Source: Bacilli bacterium (GTDB lineage Bacteria > Bacillota_I > Bacilli_A > RFN20 > CAG-826). From it: 64,000 bases of DNA. The stretch covers positions 711-64,710 of the forward strand of contig JAGAYY010000025.1 of the NCBI GenBank assembly GCA_017940265.1, read 5' to 3'. A model generated the notes under the pieces. That model was not told the origin of the DNA and ran no database searches. It saw only the letters and a list, made by a program, of their open reading frames with translations. The first letter of the stretch is position 1; each line of letters opens with the position of its first letter. The position numbers were made by a program, and so were the translations under genes. This document shows, in pieces, positions 36,525 through 44,373 of this stretch.

Positions 36525-38012
36525 ATGGTACACTTATATGTTGATAAATCGATAGGAAAAATAAAACTTGTAACGGATGATCCTACTGCAAGATTTCTCC
36601 TAGAGGTTGTTACTAAGAACAATGAGTATATACCCTGGCAGAAAAAGTATGGTGTAGTTACAAAAACCCATAAGATATATGAGGAACGTAGAAATCCGAT
36701 GCCGAAAGGTGGGATTTATACTTATACAATGGGATTAGGTTGGGCTGCATATCTTATAAATACTTTCAAGCCTCATATTACTCAAGACGATTATTATGCA
36801 ATACTTCGAGATGCAATATATTCGGATAATTATAGAACGATTCCATTCCCGGAGCTAAGAGATTATCAGAATGAAGATGTTCTCCACCTGCTTAAATATA
36901 GGATTGGGTTGTTTAGTTGTTTCACAGGTTACGGTAAAACCCAAGTTATAGCAACAATAGCGAAATATGCATACGATCTGGGAAAAACAGTCCTATTAGT
37001 AACACCAGGGAAAAAAGCTCAAGATGAACTTCTCAAAAGATGTAAATCTGCTTTTGGTCTTGTTCCGGATGATAGACTTGGTGCAATAATAACTTCTGGT
37101 CTCTCAAATCGCAAGGACTATAAAGATCCAAAGCTTAGAGTAAACCTTGAGAAAGATCTAGCAAGATATGAATGGGTCTTGGCAGATGAGGTAGAATATA
37201 CAATAAATGACTCTGGAGAATACTTATACTCTCATCTTTTAGGGGCTACTAATCTCTATGGGTTTTCTGGAACTTCTGATAAACAAGCTGCTGAATCAAT
37301 AACTTTTGTGTCTGGACTCTCTGAAGTGATAGTTAGAAATAAAGACTTAATTAAATTCTTTGGTCCTAATCTAGTCTATAGAATGCCATTAAATAAAAAT
37401 ATAAATGATATTCAGATTAAAACTTCAGCTTTAGACCTGATACAGTTTGATTGGGGCAATGATAATTCTAACATATACTTCAAGATTATGTCACAGATAT
37501 GGACAGACCCTGGAGTATGTGCAGTAATCAAAAAAGTGATTAAGAAGTTCCCCTTGACATTTATCCCGATTAATAACTTGACTAATGTATTATCGGAATG
37601 GATTGATAAATATTTTGTAGGAACGTTTAAAGTTTTGTTAGTATGTGGTGAAGGTTATATCTATTATGACTTAAAAGGAAAGAAAACTAAACTTGACTTA
37701 ACTACTGCATGTGATTATATTCGAGATGGGAAAGTAGATGTTATACCCTCTACCTCAGCCGGATATCGTGCCTTGGATTTTCCTAACTTAGAGAATATTT
37801 TACTTATTGAAGGTCTCAAGGCGGGTGTGGTTCTGCAGCAAATTGGTAGAATAGCTCGTTCTCAGAATATGAATATTATCACATTATCCGGAATATCAGA
37901 TAAGAAAATACCTGTTTATTCCAAGTCTGATGAATCACGAAAAGAACTTTATCAGACATATTACAAGTTCTGTAATATTACAGAATCTGTTATATACGAA
38001 AATAATCTTTAA
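36525..38012 (+). CDS. SF2 DNA helicase (DEAD/DExH-like)
   Basis: Motifs seen: FTGYGKTQV (Walker A), LADEVEY (motif II), QQIGRIARS (motif VI). Confidence 0.65.
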   Translation: MVHLYVDKSIGKIKLVTDDPTARFLLEVVTKNNEYIPWQKKYGVVTKTHKIYEERRNPMPKGGIYTYTMGLGWAAYLINTFKPHITQDDYYAILRDAIYSDNYRTIPFPELRDYQNEDVLHLLKYRIGLFSCFTGYGKTQVIATIAKYAYDLGKTVLLVTPGKKAQDELLKRCKSAFGLVPDDRLGAIITSGLSNRKDYKDPKLRVNLEKDLARYEWVLADEVEYTINDSGEYLYSHLLGATNLYGFSGTSDKQAAESITFVSGLSEVIVRNKDLIKFFGPNLVYRMPLNKNINDIQIKTSALDLIQFDWGNDNSNIYFKIMSQIWTDPGVCAVIKKVIKKFPLTFIPINNLTNVLSEWIDKYFVGTFKVLLVCGEGYIYYDLKGKKTKLDLTTACDYIRDGKVDVIPSTSAGYRALDFPNLENILLIEGLKAGVVLQQIGRIARSQNMNIITLSGISDKKIPVYSKSDESRKELYQTYYKFCNITESVIYENNL

Positions 38013-38018
38013 ACATTT

Positions 38019-39452
38019 ATGGAGCACTTAGATTTTGTATATTCATTAACCTCTCCATACTTATTCGGAGAGGCAAAAGCAAATATTAATGATCTTGAAT
38101 ACTATTTCTCAACGGAACCTGCTACTTCTGGGGATCCGCTGGTTATGGGAATAATTAATGCCATTAAGAATTATGATTATGATTCTTTTGGGGATCCATT
38201 ATTTCAGTCGATTATCGGAAAATGTAGGTATACTAATCCGGGAGAACCTCAGAAAATTCTAGATCAAATTCATAAGTGGCAAAGCTATAATAAAGAAGCG
38301 ATTAAGCCTGCTGAAAAAACTCTTAAGGATGTTATTTATGGTATAGCAATCCAAAGAGCTAATTCGAAGTTTGGTGGTCGAGACGCTGAAGCATTTGTTA
38401 AGTATATTAAGAATTTAGATATCAAATTTGGAGGTTTGGATGATCATTTCGGTTCGACAAACTTCAATGATTTCGATATCCAGAAAATCTTAGATCAACA
38501 ATCTTTAGGTGCCATCCCAACAAACTATCAATGGTTAAATGATGTCTTCCCTCCACATAATGGTATAGAACGTGGACAACTCGGAATTATTAGTGCTCCT
38601 CCGGGTGTTGGTAAGAGTCTATTTGCGATGAACTTAGCCTTATATTTTGCGTCTCAGGGTATTAAGGTTCTGTATGTTACTCTGGGCGATCTGGTTGAAC
38701 GAGATTGGATTGTTCGTCTAGGGGCAATTGCTTATGGTGTACCTTTTTCTGAAGTTTATAAGAACATGAAAGTTGTATTCCATAATCTACAAACCTTATC
38801 GAGAGGATGTTTAGCAGTTTCGATTAATCCTAGCGGTGTTATAACTGCAGATGAAATTGTTGAATATGCTCTAGGTCACGACTTCGAGGTAGTATTTGTA
38901 GACTACGATGCGAATCATAAGGGTGCAGCCGATGGAACAGAGGGTAATGGTCAGTCTATGTATTCTAGTATTGGTCAGATTTATTCAGCTTATACTAAAT
39001 TGAGTATGAGTGGAAAATTAGTTTTTATGTGTAGTCAACCGAAGATTTATGCATGGAATCAGCTCATTGGACTTTCTGATATTGGTGAGTCTAAGAGAAA
39101 ACAGGAAACTGCTGACTTCATTATAACGATTTCCAATACTGCTCCTGACTGCCCTAATCACTTATATACAGCCTCTATCCCAAAAGCTCGACGTGGTAAG
39201 GTAGGAACAAAGAAGTATCTGATAAGAATAGAAGGTAGATTTATTGAAATCCCCAGAAGCTTATATGATCAACTTGCCACTCAAACTGACGAAGTCCAAT
39301 ATACAGAGCAGCAAATAGAAACTATGTCAAGGGAATATAGAAAACAAGAACAGCAGATTAAGGCGCAAATAAATAAACAGATGCAAGGTCCGGTCCCTAC
39401 CCAACAAAAACCAGGCCAACAGCTAATTAATCCATTTGCGACTAATCCATAA
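38019..39452 (+). CDS. DnaB-family replicative helicase
   Basis: A C-terminal RecA-like core carries ISAPPGVGKSLFAMNLAL (Walker A) and VVFVDYD (Walker B). Confidence 0.65.
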   Translation: MEHLDFVYSLTSPYLFGEAKANINDLEYYFSTEPATSGDPLVMGIINAIKNYDYDSFGDPLFQSIIGKCRYTNPGEPQKILDQIHKWQSYNKEAIKPAEKTLKDVIYGIAIQRANSKFGGRDAEAFVKYIKNLDIKFGGLDDHFGSTNFNDFDIQKILDQQSLGAIPTNYQWLNDVFPPHNGIERGQLGIISAPPGVGKSLFAMNLALYFASQGIKVLYVTLGDLVERDWIVRLGAIAYGVPFSEVYKNMKVVFHNLQTLSRGCLAVSINPSGVITADEIVEYALGHDFEVVFVDYDANHKGAADGTEGNGQSMYSSIGQIYSAYTKLSMSGKLVFMCSQPKIYAWNQLIGLSDIGESKRKQETADFIITISNTAPDCPNHLYTASIPKARRGKVGTKKYLIRIEGRFIEIPRSLYDQLATQTDEVQYTEQQIETMSREYRKQEQQIKAQINKQMQGPVPTQQKPGQQLINPFATNP

Positions 39453-39460
39453 ATAGAAAA

Positions 39461-39492
39461 AGTTCCCCATTTTTATGTGGGAACTTCAACTT
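39461..39492 (+). terminator. hairpin terminator
   Basis: Stem agttccc/gggaact followed by a T-rich tract. Confidence 0.45.
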
Positions 39493-39498
39493 TTATAT

Positions 39499-40296
39499 AT
39501 GTCAAATAGAATAAATTTTGTATTGGGAGCTAAGAAGATTATATCTGTCAATGCTCTTTATAAAGCCAAACTTACTTATACTCCTCGTGGTCAGGTAGCA
39601 ACGATCTATAAGTCTAAGGAAGCTAAAATGACTGAGGCTTATATCAAAGAACAAGTCGAACTTTTAGATGTCCCTCGTAATTATCCTTGGATTACTCCTG
39701 ATACTCTTTTCAAAATGACAATCAAGGTCATCTTCAGAAGTGGAATTTTTATGAGAGACCTGGACAATACAATAAAGCTAATTCAGGATGGGATATTCAG
39801 AGCCTTGGGAGTAAATGATTCGCATGTAGTTTCAATTATAGCAAATAAAGTATTATTCCCAGGTGTCCTCGAAGAAAAAATACTTGTATGTTTAGAAGAA
39901 GTAGATACAACCGGCGTAAGATATGACATACTTCCCAAGCCTCATATCATATGGTCGGAAGATATTGATCTAGGACTTAAGTTATATCCGGGAAAGGGAG
40001 CCAGGAAATCTACTTTCTATCAAACCGACCAAGAGGATGAGGCTGATACTTATGTCTATCTTATAACGCCGGAAACATTTGGATATATGGTTCCGGTTAA
40101 GGTAATGGAGAAAGTAACTGAATGTATCCTAGAGTCGAAAGGTTTTGTTTTTATAGGTTTTCTTCCAGGTACAGAAGACCTATCTGAATTTAAAAGCCTT
40201 ATTTGTGAACATCAAAAAGAATATAGTGGAATTAAAATGAAAGACCTATCTAATAAAGAAGAAATATTAGAATGGATAAAATCTATTACTCCATAG
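39499..40296 (+). CDS. RusA-like Holliday junction resolvase domain protein with a C-terminal extension
   Basis: MRDLDNTIKLIQDGIFRALGVNDSHV matches the RusA DxDNxxKxxxDxL...DDxxV pattern. The start is trimmed to the ATG after the terminator. Confidence 0.5.
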   Translation: MSNRINFVLGAKKIISVNALYKAKLTYTPRGQVATIYKSKEAKMTEAYIKEQVELLDVPRNYPWITPDTLFKMTIKVIFRSGIFMRDLDNTIKLIQDGIFRALGVNDSHVVSIIANKVLFPGVLEEKILVCLEEVDTTGVRYDILPKPHIIWSEDIDLGLKLYPGKGARKSTFYQTDQEDEADTYVYLITPETFGYMVPVKVMEKVTECILESKGFVFIGFLPGTEDLSEFKSLICEHQKEYSGIKMKDLSNKEEILEWIKSITP

Positions 40297-40547
40297 TTTT
40301 TCTGGACGGACTTAATACGACGAATGTAAATTTTTGGGTACGTTCAACAGGATTTGACAATTGGAGAGGTATTTTGTTTGAAGTTCGAGGATTTATTGGA
40401 AATAAATATAAATCCAGCAACCTTATAGATCGTATTCGTAGTAAGGCTTATAATACGGTTGATATTGGTGATGGATTTAAAGATATGGTTACAACTTCGT
40501 ATATTATTGATGACCCAGGGAAAGTTATTAGATGTCTGGCTAGATAA
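40272..40547 (+). CDS. hypothetical protein
   Basis: 91-aa ORF. Confidence 0.4.
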   Translation: MDKIYYSIVFLDGLNTTNVNFWVRSTGFDNWRGILFEVRGFIGNKYKSSNLIDRIRSKAYNTVDIGDGFKDMVTTSYIIDDPGKVIRCLAR

Positions 40548-40845
40548 ATTGGGTAATAGAATTTGGTTAATATATGTACCTCTGATATCCCTAGGTCTGA
40601 AACCTTCTAAGGTAACTCTCTCTAATTACAAGGGAAAGACTGAATTTTATTTAAGGTTCTATTTACCAAAGAAAAGTTTAAATAAAAAATTTAGGGCAAG
40701 ATTATTACCAATTACCGGAGGATTTCATCATGAGGTCTTACCCAAAAATGTTATTGAACTTAAACTCAAAGTTACAATAAATAAAAAGATAATTATTGAT
40801 ACAATGAATAATTACAAGTTAATTACACACAATCAGTATGAATGA
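40510..40845 (+). CDS. hypothetical basic protein
   Basis: An internal ATG of tracked ORF 40459-40845 is chosen to reduce overlap. Confidence 0.3.
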   Translation: MTQGKLLDVWLDKLGNRIWLIYVPLISLGLKPSKVTLSNYKGKTEFYLRFYLPKKSLNKKFRARLLPITGGFHHEVLPKNVIELKLKVTINKKIIIDTMNNYKLITHNQYE

Positions 40846-41218
40846 ATTCTTAGTTATTATCTGTGGCTCTAGAAGTTTTACTGATTACGAAAGATTAGCC
40901 AAAATGTGTGACTATTATCTTTCTCGTCGTATTCAGGAGGGACAGAAAGTAATTATCATATCGGGAGGAGCTGATGGAGCTGATAAACTTGGTGAAAGAT
41001 ATGCAACCGAGAGGGGCCTTGATTATAGAGTTTTTCCGGCAGATTGGGATCGATATGGGAAAAGAGCTGGTATGATAAGAAATGCTAAGATGGCTGAAAT
41101 AGCTAATGCTTGTATTGCTTTTCCATCTGCTTATTCTGAGAATCGAGGGACTAATAATATGATTAAAGTAGCTCGAAGGAACAATCTTCTAGTTAGAGTT
41201 GTTGAGGATGAAGGATGA
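40838..41218 (+). CDS. SLOG/DUF2493-like (DprA/LOG-fold) protein
   Basis: IIISGGADGADKLGERYA... followed by MIRNAKMAE fits the DUF2493 pattern. Confidence 0.5.
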   Translation: MNEFLVIICGSRSFTDYERLAKMCDYYLSRRIQEGQKVIIISGGADGADKLGERYATERGLDYRVFPADWDRYGKRAGMIRNAKMAEIANACIAFPSAYSENRGTNNMIKVARRNNLLVRVVEDEG

Positions 41219-41522
41219 AGAAACCATAGTAGCTTTGGTAGAAGAACGTCAATACTTATCTAACTTTGGTGTCGATCACCTAGATAGAATAGCAGATATA
41301 GACTCTTCTATTTGTGAACTAGGACAGCGAATTTTCAGAAAGGTCTTAGATGATAGAACTTATTTTCAGAAGATTTCTGTATCTACTCTCTTTCCAGACA
41401 TGAGAGGTGTAATATTTCATGCTCTTAATCCATCCGACTTTAGTTTTGAGGTTGATAACATTGATCCATTAATATTAAAAGGAACCTATAAAAATGGAGG
41501 ATACATTACACTCTACTGTTGA
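41199..41522 (+). CDS. hypothetical protein
   Basis: 107-aa ORF. Confidence 0.4.
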   Translation: MLRMKDEETIVALVEERQYLSNFGVDHLDRIADIDSSICELGQRIFRKVLDDRTYFQKISVSTLFPDMRGVIFHALNPSDFSFEVDNIDPLILKGTYKNGGYITLYC

Positions 41523-41790
41523 GACACTAGATGCATTAGGTGAAGAGTTAGATTGGCTTTATAAAAATAAAGAGGATCAAGAAAGACAGGATGATATTAG
41601 GAAAATAATGAAAATATATACTGAAAAAGTATATCAGGCAGTATTTAATAAATATCATAATCTGTTTCCCTATAATACTGTATATACTTGGTCATACGCT
41701 CTTGGGGTATTTGTTATAAATTTCAAGGAAGGAGAACTTAGATTTTTCTGTAGATGTGATGATGCTCCGCGATTTATTGGAGACGTTTAG
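41494..41790 (+). CDS. hypothetical protein
   Basis: 98-aa ORF. Confidence 0.4.
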   Translation: MEDTLHSTVETLDALGEELDWLYKNKEDQERQDDIRKIMKIYTEKVYQAVFNKYHNLFPYNTVYTWSYALGVFVINFKEGELRFFCRCDDAPRFIGDV

Positions 41791-42073
41791 ATGGATAACT
41801 ACTTATAGTAATCAAGAACCCGATCCTGAATTTTATGAGCCACTCTGGACATATTTAGGGATTAAAATTTTGGAAAAACTAGATCAAGTACCTCCATCAC
41901 CAGAAAGTTGGTTTGGTTGGAAGTGTACTGTAGATTTTCCAAATATTCCGAGAGAAGAATTAGTTTTTAGGCCCGGTGAGTATTCAATTAAAGCATACCA
42001 TCGAGGTAGATTAGTAACAGATATTAGATTAGGAGGTTTGTATGAACATGCTAAGAAAAATCAATTGTTATAG
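41756..42073 (+). CDS. hypothetical protein
   Basis: 105-aa ORF. Confidence 0.4.
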   Translation: MMMLRDLLETFRWITTYSNQEPDPEFYEPLWTYLGIKILEKLDQVPPSPESWFGWKCTVDFPNIPREELVFRPGEYSIKAYHRGRLVTDIRLGGLYEHAKKNQLL

Positions 42074-42563
42074 TCACTATGAATTTAATGATCTGTGCGA
42101 AGAAAGAGGTTGGAATGATGATAAAAATCCTCCTCCTTCCGGGATAGCACTGATTTCTATTTGTTGTACTCCAGAATGTGCTAGGTATTGGTTGGAGGAA
42201 GATGATGATCATTGGTTTAAGGAAGAACACCCTAACGTACTTAACTTAAACTTCGATGATATTCCGCGCGATCAGATAGAGTGGAAAGGTCATATATTCT
42301 ACGGTCTAACTAAAGAAGATGCTAAGAGATGTTTTGATTTCATCGAGAGAGTAATTCCAGAGGTTAGTGAGATTTGGATACATTGTCGCGCGGGTCAATC
42401 TCGAAGTCAGGGAGTAGTACGTTATATTTTGGATTGCTATTCAGATCAATATGAATTAGAGACTAGAAATGATAACCCATGTCTTACCCCGAATATCGAT
42501 GTAGTAGCTAAATTAAAAAGATGCTATGTAGAATCTATACTCAAAGAGGATATATCGGATTAA
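42042..42563 (+). CDS. Cys-based (CX5R) protein phosphatase, dual-specificity/PTP-like
   Basis: The active-site signature is IHCRAGQSRSQG (HCxxGxxRS). Confidence 0.65.
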   Translation: MNMLRKINCYSHYEFNDLCEERGWNDDKNPPPSGIALISICCTPECARYWLEEDDDHWFKEEHPNVLNLNFDDIPRDQIEWKGHIFYGLTKEDAKRCFDFIERVIPEVSEIWIHCRAGQSRSQGVVRYILDCYSDQYELETRNDNPCLTPNIDVVAKLKRCYVESILKEDISD

Positions 42564-42838
42564 TTCTCTCAGAGGCTAAAGTCAAAGACGGAACAGAAGT
42601 AATAGGGGTTGTAGCTTCATGGCGCGGGACACAAAAGAAAATAATAACCCACCCAAGATTTTACATCGTCAATTCTTCACGGATTTGTCTCTCACGGTTT
42701 AATCATGCTGGCATAGTAATTTGGGAAGGAGACATTCCCGGACCTCAACTTCTCGAGGTATTAAATTCTTCTGAAGTTTCTGAAATAATTATAGAATATA
42801 TAGAAGAAAATAAAATTAAAGAAAGGCTATTAATTTAA
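42521..42838 (+). CDS. hypothetical protein
   Basis: 105-aa ORF. Confidence 0.35.
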   Translation: MLCRIYTQRGYIGLILSEAKVKDGTEVIGVVASWRGTQKKIITHPRFYIVNSSRICLSRFNHAGIVIWEGDIPGPQLLEVLNSSEVSEIIIEYIEENKIKERLLI

Positions 42839-42850
42839 CCTTTCTTTTTT

Positions 42851-43384
42851 TCATGTCCAAAGTGTTACTGGAACCTTAAGAGCACTGATGATGTTTCTGG
42901 CAGTTTCTATACCAATAACTCTACCTTCAAATTTCATAGTTTCTGAATAATTCATGACAATTAGAATATCGGTTGCAGGGTTATAGGAAACTTCATATTT
43001 GCCAGGTTCTGTTTTCCACCAAGTACCTTCTATTTCATTAAATCCTGATAGTTTCCAAACTAAATCTGGATCTCCGTCTTCGCCATTAATAGTTTTAATG
43101 GGATAATCTATATTATCATTACCAAAATCTACCTCGGGATTTGGTACTTTTCCGAAAGAACTACCAATGTAAGTAATCATTTCGTCATCCTTCCTACCCG
43201 GTCTAAATAATCTCTTATCCATTCGTCCCGGAGTACCAAAGAAATCATTACTTACCTGATCATATCTAGTTCGAAAAATATGATCTAATACAGTATAAGT
43301 ATCTACATAACCATTCCATGCTCCACCCCATACTTCATCTTCTGGGTTTTCCATTAACTTCTTTGCTAATTCTTTTGCTTTCAT
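42851..43384 (-). CDS. hypothetical protein
   Basis: 177-aa ORF convergent with the rightward block. Confidence 0.5.
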   Translation of the reverse strand: MKAKELAKKLMENPEDEVWGGAWNGYVDTYTVLDHIFRTRYDQVSNDFFGTPGRMDKRLFRPGRKDDEMITYIGSSFGKVPNPEVDFGNDNIDYPIKTINGEDGDPDLVWKLSGFNEIEGTWWKTEPGKYEVSYNPATDILIVMNYSETMKFEGRVIGIETARNIISALKVPVTLWT

Positions 43385-43443
43385 AACATATAAAAATATT
43401 AATAGAATAAGATACGGACGCCGATGTGCCCTACCTTATATTA

Positions 43444-43456
43444 TACAAATATAAGG
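43444..43456 (-). promoter_or_regulatory. CCTTATA-NN-TGTA box (ccttatatttgta), leftward
   Basis: Lies 60 nt upstream of ATG 43384. It contains TAtaTTTG. Confidence 0.4.
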
Positions 43457-43511
43457 CTCTTACTCTATTATCTGTTAAGTTTCTCACGCCTAACTTTTGA
43501 TTTTCTTCTTT

Positions 43512-43524
43512 CACATGTATAAGG
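43512..43524 (-). promoter_or_regulatory. CCTTATA-NN-TGTG box (ttaaaaccttatacatgtg), leftward
   Basis: Second leftward copy in the divergent region. Confidence 0.35.
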
Positions 43525-43532
43525 TTTTAAGC

Positions 43533-43545
43533 CCTTATTAATGTT
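43533..43545 (+). promoter_or_regulatory. CCTTATT-NN-TGTT box abutting ATG 43546
   Basis: The sequence ccttattaatgtt is followed directly by ATG. Confidence 0.45.
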
Positions 43546-43749
43546 ATGAAACAGCTTTGTAAATGTAGAGAAGAATTAGAAAATATTATTAATAGTTGGA
43601 TAAGACCATTCTTTAAACCAAACATATCCGAGGTTACTTATCCATGTATTTTTGTTTGGACATCTGAACCAATATATAGACCAGAACTCCTAGAAGGAAC
43701 TCTTGTAACTTACTATTGGGAGTTTGTTTATCCTGAAGATCTATTATGA
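43546..43749 (+). CDS. hypothetical small protein
   Basis: 67-aa ORF. Confidence 0.4.
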   Translation: MKQLCKCREELENIINSWIRPFFKPNISEVTYPCIFVWTSEPIYRPELLEGTLVTYYWEFVYPEDLL

Positions 43750-44093
43750 TTGTATACATATTATTTTGGATTTGGCAGTTCCCTCAAAATATATTAGGGT
43801 GGTTATTATCGGCCCGTCATAAAAACAGACATATAGGACCGGCCGGATTTAAGTATATTCATAGTAAGGGATGGATTCCTTGTATGTGTTTAGGAGAATA
43901 TCTTTTTGTAGGTCCTTCATCATTAGTTAGATTTGCATACGGCCGGGGAGTTTTGTCTGTAATCTTCGGGCCGTTATATCTTCCTTTTATATCATTGCCA
44001 GCCATAATTGTATCTTTGTTCGGTAGGTATTATTATATGGCACATTACTCTACTAGGTGGGCACTTAGAATAGGGAAACGAAAACCTTATTAG
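43746..44093 (+). CDS. small membrane protein
   Basis: 115 aa with hydrophobic segments IVYILFWIWQF and VIFGPLYLPFISLPAIIVSLF. Confidence 0.45.
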   Translation: MIVYILFWIWQFPQNILGWLLSARHKNRHIGPAGFKYIHSKGWIPCMCLGEYLFVGPSSLVRFAYGRGVLSVIFGPLYLPFISLPAIIVSLFGRYYYMAHYSTRWALRIGKRKPY

Positions 44094-44097
44094 TGTT

Positions 44098-44373
44098 ATG
44101 ATAAAACAATTAAAAGTAGTTGGTTATAAAAAACAATATTGTTGGTCTTCGCGAAGAACAAAGATCGGAATATGGGAAGATGATGTTGGTGGTGTGTTAG
44201 TAGCCGTAGCATGTAGATCTTTTGGTCTGTGCTTAAGCGCTATCTCAGAAAACATCGAAGAATTAAGGCAAGATTTCAATGATGCCTTAGAAATTCTGAC
44301 TTTCCGTTTCCCAGATAAACCCGCGAGGAAATGGTTAAGAAAAATTATTCAAACAAATTATAAACAATTATGA
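44098..44373 (+). CDS. hypothetical protein
   Basis: 91-aa ORF with an ATGA overlap with the ATPase gene. Confidence 0.4.
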   Translation: MIKQLKVVGYKKQYCWSSRRTKIGIWEDDVGGVLVAVACRSFGLCLSAISENIEELRQDFNDALEILTFRFPDKPARKWLRKIIQTNYKQL